NCBI GenBank assembly: GCA_052388435.1
Contig: JBQTIC010000003.1
Coordinates: 1,565 to 65,564 of the forward strand
Length of the DNA: 64,000 bases
Origin: Chromatiales bacterium
GTDB lineage: Bacteria; Pseudomonadota; Gammaproteobacteria; JAJPIJ01
Direction of reading: 5' to 3'
Shown: positions 8,842 through 18,080 of the stretch, piece by piece
Position numbering within the stretch: the stretch's first letter is position 1
How the letters are laid out: the number at the start of each line of letters is the position of its first letter
Program-made: the position numbers and the translations under genes
Notes under the pieces: model-generated
Seen by the model: only the letters and a program-made list of their open reading frames with translations
Databases searched by the model: none
Told to the model about the DNA's origin: nothing

Positions 8842-11283
8842 ATGGACAAACAGGATCAAGACTTTCAACAGCTGGTGAGGTTGCTGATCCCGGTCAACGG
8901 CCTGGCCCCCACTTTCCAGGATCAAATCATCAAGGAATCCGAGATTCTCACGTTCCGCAAGCGCGACTACGTCTTCCACCAGGGCAGCCGCGACAGCTAC
9001 ACCTATTACTTGCTGGAAGGCACGCTGGAGTTGATCGCCAGCGATCAGATCATCAAGCAAATCGATGGCGGCACGGGTCCCGCGTTCTTCCCCGTCGCCC
9101 AGCTGCAGCCGCGGCAGATGTCGGCGAAGGCAACCACTCCGGTCACGGTGCTGCGCGTCAACCGCGTCCTGCTCGACAAGCTGCTCAGCCTTGCCAGCGA
9201 ACCCATCTCGCAGGACGGCAACAAGTCAGGCATCGAGGTGGAGGTGATCGACGGCGGCGATGCCGATTGGGTAGGTAGCCTCCTGCAGTCGGAGCTGTTC
9301 TCACGGGTGCCCGCCTCCAATATCTCCAAGCTGCTCTCGACCATCGAGTCGGTTGCCTACGTCTCCGGCGATGTGGTGGTGCGCCAGGGAGATGTTGGCG
9401 ACTACTATTACCTCATCCGGTCAGGCCGCTGCGAGGTGCTGCGCAACACCAGCAGCGGTCAGGAGATCCGCCTCGCCGAACTCGAGGCCGGCGACAGCTT
9501 CGGTGAAGAGGCGCTGGTCTCAGACTCCCGCCGCAATGCCACCATACGCATGTTGGCTGACGGCGCCCTGCTGCGGCTCACCAAGGACGACTTTATCAAC
9601 CTCATCAAGAACCCGCTCGTCCAGAGTGTCACCTACGAGCAGGGTCGGGAGCTGGCGAAAGGCGGCGCAATGTGGCTGGACGTGCGCTTCCGGGACGAGC
9701 ACGCACAGTCCAGCATCCCCGGCAGCCTGAACATGCCCCTCAACGCGCTGCGCACCCAGTATGACAAGCTCGACCCAGCCAAGCACTACATCGCCTACTG
9801 TGACACCGGCAGTCGCAGTTCGGTGGCCGCCTTCCTGCTTACCGAGCGCGGACGCGACGCCAGCTACCTCGACGGTGGTTACATCCGCTATCTCGCGCCG
9901 CCCGCTGCTCCATCAGTGGCGGAACCTGTCCCGCCCGCCCGTGAGAAGCCCAAGGCGGCGCCTCTGCTCGTGCCCGCCCGCGTGCCGACGGGCACGCCGA
10001 TCCCGACCACCTCCGTCGCTGACACCACTGAGGCGGAGGTACGCGTCTCGACACTGAAGGCCGAGCTGGCGCGGGCCAGTATGCAAATTGAGGAGGCGCG
10101 CCGTCTGCAGGCGGAAGCCGAGGCCGCCAAGGTCGCTGCGGAGAAGGCGATGGAGGAGCGCGTCCGTATCGAGCGCGAGAAGCTGGAGGCGGAAGCGCGC
10201 AAGGCAGCAGAGTTCCTCAGTGAAGCGAAAAGGTTGAAGACCGCTATCGAGAACCAGAAGCGCGCTGCCGAGCAGGAGGCCGAGCGCCAGCGGCGCCAGC
10301 AGGAGGAGCACTTGCAGCGGCTCAAGCGCGAGGCCGAGCAGCGCCTGGAGGCCCAAAAGCGGCGGCTTGAAGAGCTCTACCGCAAGAACGCCGAGGAGCT
10401 GGAGCGCATCCAGTCCATGAAGGCGCACGCCGAGGTCATGCTCGCCGCCGACCGCAAGAAGCTCGAAAGCGAGACCCGCAAGCAACTGGAAGCGGCCCGT
10501 GCCGTGCTCGCCGAACAACAGGAGCAGGAACGCAAAGCCCGCGAAGAGAATGAGGCGCGGCTGGCCGACGAGAGGCGCAAGATCGAGGTCGAGTTCGTGC
10601 GTAACACGGCCATGCTCGAGCTGGTGCAGCAGGAGAAGGCCGCGGCGGCGGCGGCACGGCGCGCCGCCGCCGAAGAGGCCGAGGAGATCATCGCCGAGTA
10701 CCGCAGCGAGCATGAACGTGCGCGTGCCCAGGAACAGGCCCGGCTGCAACAAGAGGTCCGGCAGCTGGAGGAGGAGCGCCAGCGATTGAAGGCCGCCACC
10801 GAGGACGCGCGTAAGGCCCGCGAGGAGGCCGAGTCGATGCAGCGCCGGGCACAGGCGCAGCTCATCGCCTTACGGCAGCTCGAGGAGGAGCGGGTCGACC
10901 GCGCGGCAAATCACATCCAGGTCGACATCCGTGCCGTGGAGGCGGAGGCAGCCGCCGCGGCCAAGCGTCTGCGCGACGCGGTGATGATTGAGGAACGCCT
11001 GGAGGAGGAACGCGCCACCAACGAAAAGCGCGTCGAGCAGACCTTCAATCAGCAGGTGCAGCTGCGCGCGCAGCTTGAACAGGACCTGGCAGAGTGGATC
11101 GCCGAGCAGGACCAGCAGACCGCACGCACGAGCAGGCGTCCCGGCCGCTCGAAGGCCTCGCAGGCGGATCGCATCAAGCGAAAGGCGCGGGAGGCGCGCA
11201 TCCGCACGCAGTTGCATGATCTGTACTTGCTCGAGGAGCTGGCGACGGCGATGAACCAGACACTGACCACCAAGGGCTCGTGA
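8842..11283 (+). CDS. 813-aa multidomain protein. Two cyclic-nucleotide-binding (CAP effector) domains, a rhodanese domain with a CxxGxR active-site cysteine, a Pro-rich linker, and a roughly 450-aa E/R/K/A-rich helical (single-alpha-helix or coiled-coil) tail
   Basis: Domain motifs read directly. cNMP domain 2 has GDSFGEEAL ... RRNATIRM. The rhodanese domain has HYIAYCDTGSRSS. The tail is a monotonous ER/K heptad-like sequence. Confidence 0.8.
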   Translation: MDKQDQDFQQLVRLLIPVNGLAPTFQDQIIKESEILTFRKRDYVFHQGSRDSYTYYLLEGTLELIASDQIIKQIDGGTGPAFFPVAQLQPRQMSAKATTPVTVLRVNRVLLDKLLSLASEPISQDGNKSGIEVEVIDGGDADWVGSLLQSELFSRVPASNISKLLSTIESVAYVSGDVVVRQGDVGDYYYLIRSGRCEVLRNTSSGQEIRLAELEAGDSFGEEALVSDSRRNATIRMLADGALLRLTKDDFINLIKNPLVQSVTYEQGRELAKGGAMWLDVRFRDEHAQSSIPGSLNMPLNALRTQYDKLDPAKHYIAYCDTGSRSSVAAFLLTERGRDASYLDGGYIRYLAPPAAPSVAEPVPPAREKPKAAPLLVPARVPTGTPIPTTSVADTTEAEVRVSTLKAELARASMQIEEARRLQAEAEAAKVAAEKAMEERVRIEREKLEAEARKAAEFLSEAKRLKTAIENQKRAAEQEAERQRRQQEEHLQRLKREAEQRLEAQKRRLEELYRKNAEELERIQSMKAHAEVMLAADRKKLESETRKQLEAARAVLAEQQEQERKAREENEARLADERRKIEVEFVRNTAMLELVQQEKAAAAAARRAAAEEAEEIIAEYRSEHERARAQEQARLQQEVRQLEEERQRLKAATEDARKAREEAESMQRRAQAQLIALRQLEEERVDRAANHIQVDIRAVEAEAAAAAKRLRDAVMIEERLEEERATNEKRVEQTFNQQVQLRAQLEQDLAEWIAEQDQQTARTSRRPGRSKASQADRIKRKAREARIRTQLHDLYLLEELATAMNQTLTTKGS

Positions 11284-11313
11284 TCTTGCACGGAGTGACT
11301 GCCTGCCTCTCTG

Positions 11314-12165
11314 TTACGCGCGGTTCACCTCCACGTGATCGATAAGACGGGTGCGCCCGATCCATGCGGCCGCCACAACCACCAGCCGGCTATCCGCGGC
11401 TGAGGGCAGCATCAGGTCCTCGGCGCGGCGCACGGAGAAATAATCCGGCCTGAAGCCGTTTTTCTCCAGTAGCGCCATCGCGTCTGCCTCGAGGGAGGCG
11501 ACATTCGCCTCGCCCCTTTGCAGTCTTTCGGCCGCCTGGCTGAGGGTCTTAAACAGTAGCGGGGCACGGCGGCGCTCGGCGCGCGTCAGGTACACGTTGC
11601 GCGAGGAGAATGCCAGTCCGTCCACGTCCCGCACCGTCGGCACCGCGGAGATGTCCACCGAGATGCAGAGATCGGCCACCAGGCGGCGTATCACCAGCAG
11701 CTGCTGATAATCCTTGTCGCCGAAGACGGCAATGTCGGGCTGAGTCAGGTTCAACAACTTGGTCACCACGGTGGCCACGCCGGTGAAATGGCCGGGCCGG
11801 AATTCGCCGCAGAGGATGCGGTCGAGCGTGGGCACTGTCACGCGGGTGGTGTGCTCAAGGCCGCCGTCATACAGATCTGCGGTATCCGGCAGGAAGGCCA
11901 GATCCACGCCGGCCGCCGAAAGCTGGAGCAGGTCTTGTTCGGGCGTCCGCGGATAGCTGTCAAAGTCCTCCCCTTTCACGAACTGCAGCGGGTTGACGAA
12001 GATGCTCACCACGGTGCGGTCGGCGACCTGCTGCGCGCGCTGGACCAGGGCTGCGTGACCGGCGTGAAGGTTGCCCATCGTCGGCACCAGTGCAACGCGC
12101 TTGCCCTCGCGACGCCACTGCGCAACCGCGCCTCTCAACGCCGTGACATCCATGACCTGCTGCAT
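11314..12165 (-). CDS. panC: pantoate--beta-alanine ligase
   Basis: PTMGNLHAGH and the HIGH-like motifs. The start is taken at MQQVMDV; the longer listed ORF extends into implausible upstream sequence. Confidence 0.85.
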   Translation of the reverse strand: MQQVMDVTALRGAVAQWRREGKRVALVPTMGNLHAGHAALVQRAQQVADRTVVSIFVNPLQFVKGEDFDSYPRTPEQDLLQLSAAGVDLAFLPDTADLYDGGLEHTTRVTVPTLDRILCGEFRPGHFTGVATVVTKLLNLTQPDIAVFGDKDYQQLLVIRRLVADLCISVDISAVPTVRDVDGLAFSSRNVYLTRAERRRAPLLFKTLSQAAERLQRGEANVASLEADAMALLEKNGFRPDYFSVRRAEDLMLPSAADSRLVVVAAAWIGRTRLIDHVEVNRA

Positions 12166-12194
12166 CTCCCGACCCCGCCTCCGCTTCGTGCTCG

Positions 12195-13004
12195 TCAGTC
12201 GAACCCGTGTTCCAGCGCCGGGAAACTCTTTGCCTTCACGGCCCGCACGTAATTTCCAATGGCCTCTGGAATGCTGCCGCTTCCAATCATGAAGTCGCGG
12301 GTGAACTTGTGCGCAAAGCCAATGCCCAGCATGTCGTGCAGCACCAGAATCTGCCCGTCGCAGTCCGCACCGGCACCAATGCCGATGACTGGAACGCTGA
12401 GGGTCCCTGATAACTCGGCGGCAAGGGCGCGCGGGACGCACTCCAAGATCAGCATGACCGCCCCGGCGGCCTCGAGCACATGGGCATCTTCCTTGATGGC
12501 CCGCGCGCTGTCGGTGTCGCGACCCTGCACACGGTACCCGCCAAGGCGGTGGATCGATTGCGGCTGCAGGCCGAGGTGTCCACAGACGGGGATGCCCCGC
12601 TCGGTGAGCAGACGCACGGTGTCGGCCACCCAGCCGCCACCCTCGAGCTTCACCATCTGGGCCCGACCTTCGCTCATCAGGCGGGCGGCCGTGCTGAGCG
12701 CCTGCTCGGGCGTGGCGTAGCTCATGTACGGCATGTCCGTCATCAGCATTGCCCGATCAACGCTTCGGCGGACGTTGGCGGCGTGATAAATCATGTCGGC
12801 CACGGTCACTGGCAGCGTGCTGTCGTGACCCTGCATCACCATGCCCAGTGAATCTCCGATCAGGATGACATCCACCCCGGCCTCGTCGAGGACGCGGCCG
12901 AAGGTCGCATCGTAGGCGGTCAGGCAGGCGATCTTCACTCCCGTCGCCTTCATGTCGCGCAGCCGGGTGATGGAAACCTTCTTTCTCACTGCATCCTGGC
13001 CCAT
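12195..13004 (-). CDS. panB: 3-methyl-2-oxobutanoate hydroxymethyltransferase
   Basis: 269 aa with the KIACLTAYD...IGDSLGMV...GHLGLTPQ family signature. Confidence 0.9.
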   Translation of the reverse strand: MGQDAVRKKVSITRLRDMKATGVKIACLTAYDATFGRVLDEAGVDVILIGDSLGMVMQGHDSTLPVTVADMIYHAANVRRSVDRAMLMTDMPYMSYATPEQALSTAARLMSEGRAQMVKLEGGGWVADTVRLLTERGIPVCGHLGLQPQSIHRLGGYRVQGRDTDSARAIKEDAHVLEAAGAVMLILECVPRALAAELSGTLSVPVIGIGAGADCDGQILVLHDMLGIGFAHKFTRDFMIGSGSIPEAIGNYVRAVKAKSFPALEHGFD

Positions 13005-13325
13005 TGGTTGTCCTGCCCCCGTGTGACCCCGTCTGACCGCCCGCTCTTCAGACGTGGACGTTTACGTACTACCTGCGCACGGGGCGGTGGTGGATCGGTG
13101 AGCAGCGAGTCCGCCCCGCCATTCGCCACGTGCACGACCGCGGCGTTCGCCGAGCAGCAGCGCGTCGGCACAGTGCGAAGAGAACTCAACGTCGAGGCGA
13201 CCGTGGATTAGATTGTACAGCTTCAACTCTCATCCGAGAGACTCCATTGCGCGCACGGCCGGACCTCTCAGGGGATTTTGCCCGCTCCTGTCGGTCCTGC
13301 TACCACGACGTAGTGCGGCGACGGT

Positions 13326-13826
13326 TCACTCATCCACAGCGAGCCGTTCGAGCCCGCCCTGCGGGCAGGCCTGCAGCAGATGCTTGATGGGACCTTTTCC
13401 CGGGACGATCAGACCGGCGTCGAGTTCGGCGAGCGGATAGAGGACAAAGGCACGCTCGGCGATCCCGGGGTGCGGGACCGTCAGCCGCCCATCGCTGATT
13501 TGCCGCTCACCGTACAGGAGCAGATCGAGGTCGAGCGTGCGCGGTCCCCATCGCGTCGGGCCACGGACGCGACCGTGGGCGCGCTCGATTGCCAGCAGCG
13601 CATCCAGCAGTGCATGCGGCATCAAAGCGGTGTCCAGCGCGGCCGCCGCGTTGATGTAGTCGGGCTGATCAGGCGGTCCCATCGGGTCCGACCTGTAGAG
13701 CGAAGAGCGCGCCACTAACGCCGTTTGCGGTAGCGCCGCAAGCTCTTCCAGGGCGCGCCATACCTGCTCGCGCGGTGCCTCCAGATTGCTGCCCAGCCCG
13801 ATATAGGCGCGAACTGTGTCAACCAC
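13326..13826 (-). CDS. folK: 2-amino-4-hydroxy-6-hydroxymethyldihydropteridine pyrophosphokinase
   Basis: YIGLGSNL...RWGPRTLDLDLLLYG HPPK signature. The probable GTG start at 13826 overlaps the pcnB stop. The pcnB-folK synteny is conserved. Confidence 0.8.
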   Translation of the reverse strand: MVDTVRAYIGLGSNLEAPREQVWRALEELAALPQTALVARSSLYRSDPMGPPDQPDYINAAAALDTALMPHALLDALLAIERAHGRVRGPTRWGPRTLDLDLLLYGERQISDGRLTVPHPGIAERAFVLYPLAELDAGLIVPGKGPIKHLLQACPQGGLERLAVDE

Positions 13827-15162
13827 GCCGCGCGCCCGGGTCTCCTTCCCTGCTCTTTCGCCGGCGTCCACGCCGGCGGCCCTGACGCGGCAGCTCAGAT
13901 AGCATCTGCGCGCGGTTCTTCTCGCTCTCATCCTGAAAGCGCGTCCACCAATCGCCCGCCTCCGCGAGTGTCTCTCCGGCTTCCTGGCGCAGCAGCAGGA
14001 AGTCATAAGCGGCGCGGAAACGCGGATGTGCCAGCAGGCGCAATGCCGCCTTCGGCGAGGGTTGCTCGAGACGCCACTGCAACGACCAGATCTCCCGCGT
14101 CACCTGGGTGAAGCGTCGCGGCACCGCCACGCGCGCCGCCTGCCGCGAAATAACGTCGTCCTGGGCAAGCTCCATAGCCAGTGCCGTGGCGTGCCCCTGC
14201 GCGAGGTATTGCTGCATGCGTCGCCGCAGCGGTGCCCACAGCAGTGCCGCGAAGAGGAAGGCGGGGGTTACCGGCTTGTCCTCGGCGAGTCGCCGGTCCG
14301 TGTTCTCCAACGCGCGGATGAGCAGCATCTTGGGAAATCCCTGCATCTCCTCGGCGAGCGCATCTTCCACATCCGGAAACAGATGGCCGAAAAGACGGTA
14401 GTGGCGCAGCCGCTCGAAGGTGGCGAGGGCGAAACCGCCGAGGAACAGCTTCAGGACTTCCTCGAAGAGACGGGCCGAGGGGATCTGATCCAGTAGCTGC
14501 CCCATTTCGAGCAATGGCCTTTCGGTGTCCGCATGAATATTCAGCCCGAGCTTCACCGCGAAGCGCACGGCACGCAGCAGTCGCACCGGGTCCTCACGGA
14601 AACGAGCCATTGGGTCACCGATGAGCCGGAGCTGGCCTGCCTGGATGTCGGCCATGCCGCCGACATAGTCGACAACGGTGAAATCCGCGATGTTGTAGTA
14701 AAGCGCATTGATGGTGAAATCGCGCCGCCAGACGTCGTCCTCGACGCTGTGACCATAGACGTTGTCGCGCAGGATGCGACCACCCTCCGTTACCCGCTCG
14801 CCCCCCGAGCCTTCGTCGTCGCCCGCGCGGAAGGTAGCCACCTCGATGATCTCCTGGCCGAAGTGCACGTGCGCGAGGCGGAAGCGGCGGCCAATGAGGC
14901 GGCAGTTCCTGAACAGCTCGCGCACTTGTTCGGGGCGCGCGTTGGTCGCGACGTCGAAATCCTTCGGCTCCCTCCCGAGCAGCAAGTCGCGCACGCTGCC
15001 GCCGACCAGATACGCCTGGTAGCCGGCGTTATGCAGGCGGTAGAGCACCTTCAACGCATGCTCGGAAACGTTCGCGCGGGAGATGCAGTGATCCGCGCGC
15101 GGGATGATGCGCGGCGCAGTAGCGAGCCGGATGACTTTGGAGGCCGCCAGATTATCGGTCAT
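13819..15162 (-). CDS. pcnB: poly(A) polymerase I
   Basis: 447 aa. Nucleotidyltransferase GGSVRDLLLG...DFDV motif and the RNA-binding C-terminus are present. Confidence 0.9.
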   Translation of the reverse strand: MTDNLAASKVIRLATAPRIIPRADHCISRANVSEHALKVLYRLHNAGYQAYLVGGSVRDLLLGREPKDFDVATNARPEQVRELFRNCRLIGRRFRLAHVHFGQEIIEVATFRAGDDEGSGGERVTEGGRILRDNVYGHSVEDDVWRRDFTINALYYNIADFTVVDYVGGMADIQAGQLRLIGDPMARFREDPVRLLRAVRFAVKLGLNIHADTERPLLEMGQLLDQIPSARLFEEVLKLFLGGFALATFERLRHYRLFGHLFPDVEDALAEEMQGFPKMLLIRALENTDRRLAEDKPVTPAFLFAALLWAPLRRRMQQYLAQGHATALAMELAQDDVISRQAARVAVPRRFTQVTREIWSLQWRLEQPSPKAALRLLAHPRFRAAYDFLLLRQEAGETLAEAGDWWTRFQDESEKNRAQMLSELPRQGRRRGRRRKSREGDPGARRG

Positions 15163-15285
15163 CGGCCGGCGTATGGGTCAGGAGGGAAGGACACGATGTT
15201 TCATCAGAAAGATGACGCAACAAAACCGGACAGACGCTAAGAATGTTTATGATAACATCCTTGCCTCCTGCAGACCCTCCGTCAC

Positions 15286-15361
15286 GCTCCCTTCGTCTAG
15301 TGGCCCAGGACGTCGCCCTCTCACGGCGAAAACAGGGGTTCGACTCCCCTAGGGAGCGCCA
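15286..15361 (+). tRNA. tRNA-Glu (anticodon CUC)
   Basis: 76 nt with a 7-bp acceptor stem (GCTCCCT/AGGGAGC), a GTTCGACTCC T-arm and a CCA end. It is near-identical in architecture to E. coli tRNA-Glu. The anticodon loop CTCTCAC gives CUC. Confidence 0.85.
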
Positions 15362-15509
15362 TCGCTCCCCCGGTTTTCCAGTCCGACCGCGACCGCTGTT
15401 AGGTCGGACGCAGGCGCGCCAGCGCCGCGCTGTGCGTCCCGGCACGCCCCGCACCCAGGGTCGCTGCATGGCGGTTTCACGCCCGTGGGTTGATGCGGTG
15501 ATGAGACAA

Positions 15510-15529
15510 CCTCCGCCCGATGACGGAGG
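15510..15529 (+). promoter_or_regulatory. hairpin (CCTCCG / cccgatga / CGGAGG) whose 3' arm contains the ccmA Shine-Dalgarno sequence
   Basis: Perfect 6-bp inverted repeat read directly. The GGAGG lies 3 to 9 nt upstream of the two candidate ccmA ATGs. Confidence 0.4.
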
Positions 15530-15532
15530 GTA

Positions 15533-16180
15533 ATGCCCATGCTCGAAGGTCATGATCTTGAGTGCGCGCGCGGGGAGCGCCTGCTTTTCCGCGCGCTCAC
15601 GCTGCGCGTGGAAGCGGGCACGCTGCTGCGCGTGGCCGGACCAAACGGGAGCGGCAAGACGAGTCTGCTGCGCCTTCTGTGCGGGCTGTTGCAGCCGACG
15701 CACGGGCTGGTGCGCTGGCGCGGCAGTAACATCCGCGTACTCAGGGAAGACTATTGGCGCGAGATCGCCCATATCGGTCATCTGAACGGCATCAAGGACG
15801 ACCTCACCGCCTTGGAGAATCTGCGCACATCGGCCACCATCGCGGGCCTGACCTCGGATGAGGGGGCCGCGCGCGCAGCGCTCGCTGATCTTGGACTGGC
15901 CGGCTGCGAGCATACGCTCGCGCGCCGCCTCTCGTTGGGACAGCGGCGACGCATCGCGCTGGCACGGCTGTTTTTGAGCGGCAGCATCCCGCTGTGGATC
16001 CTCGATGAGCCCTTCACTGCCCTCGATGCGCGCGGCCTCGCAGCGCTCTGTGCGCGCATCGGCGAACATCTGGCGGCCAGCAATATCGTGTTGCTGACCA
16101 CCCATCTGGATGTGCCCATCAAGGCGCCAGCGACACGGCTCCTGACCCTTGGGGGCAACGGCAACTACGCGACATGCTGA
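15533..16180 (+). CDS. ccmA: heme exporter ATP-binding protein CcmA
   Basis: Aligns to E. coli CcmA (MGMLEARELLCERDERTLF...). Walker A GPNGSGKTS. The start may instead be the second ATG at 15539, which has better SD spacing. Confidence 0.85.
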   Translation: MPMLEGHDLECARGERLLFRALTLRVEAGTLLRVAGPNGSGKTSLLRLLCGLLQPTHGLVRWRGSNIRVLREDYWREIAHIGHLNGIKDDLTALENLRTSATIAGLTSDEGAARAALADLGLAGCEHTLARRLSLGQRRRIALARLFLSGSIPLWILDEPFTALDARGLAALCARIGEHLAASNIVLLTTHLDVPIKAPATRLLTLGGNGNYATC

Positions 16181-16842
16181 AGACGCTCGTAGCCGTCCTG
16201 CGCCGCGATCTCTTGCTCGCGGCGCGCCAGCGCGCGGATGTCCTGAACACATTCCTCTTTTTCGTCGTCGTCGTCACGATCGTGCCTCTCGGCGTCGGTC
16301 CTGACTCTGATTTGCTGCGCGCCATCGCTCCGGGCGTTGTGTGGGTGGCGGCGCTGCTCGCCGCGATTCTTTCGCTGCACCGGCTGTTCGCGGCGGACTT
16401 TGCCGACGGCACCCTCGAACAGATGCTGCTGTCCGCCGAGCCGCTGACGGTGATCGTCCTTGGCAAAACGGCGGCCCACTGGCTGGTCACCGGCCTGCCG
16501 GTTACGCTGATATCTTCCCTGCTCGGCGCCATGTTCGGTCTCGGCCCCGCAGCGATAACGACGCTGGTCGCCTCGCTGGCCCTAGGCACACCAGTACTGT
16601 CCCTTATCGGCGCCGTAGGGGCGGCCCTGACGCTATCGCTGCGAGGTGGTGGCGTGCTAATCTCGTTGCTTGTTCTGCCCCTGTACGTGCCCGTGCTGAT
16701 CCTCGGGTCGGGCGCGGTAGAGGCCACTGCGGCGGGGCTGGACGGTACACCCTACCTGCTCTTACTCACGGCGCTGACGCTGCTGGCGGTCGTTCTCACG
16801 CCCTGGGCCGTGTCGGCGGCGCTACGAATCTCCGTGGAGTAA
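16174..16842 (+). CDS. ccmB: heme exporter permease CcmB
   Basis: Aligns to CcmB along its length (ARIAPGVVWVAALLA..., GTPVLSLIGAVGAALT). It overlaps the ccmA stop. Confidence 0.9.
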   Translation: MLKTLVAVLRRDLLLAARQRADVLNTFLFFVVVVTIVPLGVGPDSDLLRAIAPGVVWVAALLAAILSLHRLFAADFADGTLEQMLLSAEPLTVIVLGKTAAHWLVTGLPVTLISSLLGAMFGLGPAAITTLVASLALGTPVLSLIGAVGAALTLSLRGGGVLISLLVLPLYVPVLILGSGAVEATAAGLDGTPYLLLLTALTLLAVVLTPWAVSAALRISVE

Positions 16843-16918
16843 ACCCGTCCAATGGACAGAGGTGGCGCCGGGTGCCGCGCACGCTAATGGCGCGGGTGGA
16901 GTCCTGGATGTGAAGTTG

Positions 16919-17677
16919 ATGTTGCAGACGAAAGCGCTCGCCGGCCCCGGCCGTATCAACTGGGTGCGGTACGCCGCACCGAACGCCTTCTATCCGCTTG
17001 CCGGCAGAATGATCCCGTGGTTCGCCTCGCTAGCGGCGATCTTCGCGGCGGCGGGACTGTATGCCGCATTTTTTATCGCGCCAACCGATCAACAACAGGG
17101 GGAGGCCTATCGTATCATCTTCATCCACGTTCCCGCCGCCTGGATGTCGATGTTCCTGTACGTGGTGATGGCGTTCTGGGCAGCGGTCGGGCTCATCCTC
17201 AACACACGCCTGTCGTCAATGATGGCTTCGGCGCTCGCCCCTACCGGTGCGATCATGACTTTCGTTGCACTGTGGACCGGTGCTCTGTGGGGGCGTCCGA
17301 CCTGGGGCACGTACTGGGTGTGGGACGCGCGGCTGACCTCCGAACTCCTCCTGCTCTTTCTCTATTTCGGATTTCTCGCCCTGCAGGCGGCGATCGACGA
17401 GCCGCGCCGCGCCGACAGGGCTTGTGCCGTGCTTGCGATCGTCGGGGTGGTCAACGTTCCCATCATCTACTTCTCGGTGCAGTGGTGGAACACGCTGCAT
17501 CAGGGCGCCTCGGTCAGCCTCACCAGGGCGCCTACCATGGCGACCACGATGCTAACCGGCGTGCTGCTGATGGGCCTTGCGTTCTGGATGTATTCCATCG
17601 CGGCCACACTCGCACGGGTCCGCAGCATCATACTGGAGCGCGAGCGGCGCTCTGAATGGGTACGAGAGGCTATCTGA
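16919..17677 (+). CDS. ccmC: heme exporter protein CcmC
   Basis: The WWD domain region and the conserved histidines are present. The start is taken at MLQTKAL by alignment with the CcmC N-terminus. Confidence 0.85.
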   Translation: MLQTKALAGPGRINWVRYAAPNAFYPLAGRMIPWFASLAAIFAAAGLYAAFFIAPTDQQQGEAYRIIFIHVPAAWMSMFLYVVMAFWAAVGLILNTRLSSMMASALAPTGAIMTFVALWTGALWGRPTWGTYWVWDARLTSELLLLFLYFGFLALQAAIDEPRRADRACAVLAIVGVVNVPIIYFSVQWWNTLHQGASVSLTRAPTMATTMLTGVLLMGLAFWMYSIAATLARVRSIILERERRSEWVREAI

Positions 17678-17819
17678 AGGTCTGAACAAATGACTCTTGT
17701 GCAAGATCCGCCGTTCCGGCGCAAGCCCGAACCCGGTAACAACAGTCTTCCACTGGATGCCGGCTTTTACGCACGCCATCCGTGGCGTACATTCCTTCGG
17801 GGTCGGTTGCGGTTGCGTC

Positions 17820-17842
17820 CCAATCCGCTCCCGGCGGATTGG
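17820..17842. repeat. perfect 9-bp inverted repeat (CCAATCCGC / tcccg / GCGGATTGG) in the ccmC-ccmD spacer
   Basis: Read directly from the sequence. Preceded by a GGTTGCGGTTGCG direct repeat. Confidence 0.6.
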
Positions 17843-17900
17843 TCGCTGGCATGACCACCGCTAGCTTGTCTCAACGTTTCCTGAAACAACCGCGGAGAGC

Positions 17901-18077
17901 ATGATGACATGGGGCGGTTGGGAGAACTTCTGGGCCATGGGCGGTTACGCGCCGTACGTCTGGGGCGCGTACGGTGTGACGCTGCTCATCCTGCTGCTGG
18001 AGTTGATGGTTGTGCGCGCGCGGCGCCGGCGCGCGCTGGCAGAGATTGAGCGCGTGTGCCGGCTTGGTGAGCAATGA
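17901..18077 (+). CDS. ccmD: heme exporter protein CcmD, 58 aa (MMTWGGWENFWAMGGYAPYVWGAYGVTLLILLLELMVVRARRRRALAEIERVCRLGEQ)
   Basis: Read directly from the sequence; it is below the ORF-track cutoff. It carries the conserved FxAMGGYAxxVW motif and one TM helix, and sits between ccmC and ccmE. Confidence 0.75.
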   Translation: MMTWGGWENFWAMGGYAPYVWGAYGVTLLILLLELMVVRARRRRALAEIERVCRLGEQ

Positions 18078-18080
18078 TCG

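Noticed and set aside
9913-10865. Several long minus-strand ORFs (279, 162 and 145 aa) antisense to the coiled-coil region of the 813-aa gene
   Set aside because: Artefacts of the repetitive GAG/GCG/CGC-rich coding sequence. They are Leu/Arg/Ala-rich with no start context, and the plus-strand gene has coherent domains.
15152-16252. 366-aa minus-strand ORF spanning the tRNA-Glu and ccmA
   Set aside because: It overlaps a confidently identified tRNA and ccmA. The translation is low-complexity and Arg-rich.
17690-17866. 58-codon plus-strand ORF in the ccmC-ccmD spacer
   Set aside because: No RBS. The Arg/Pro-rich translation has no similarity to Ccm proteins. The hairpin inside it suggests a structural RNA or DNA role instead.
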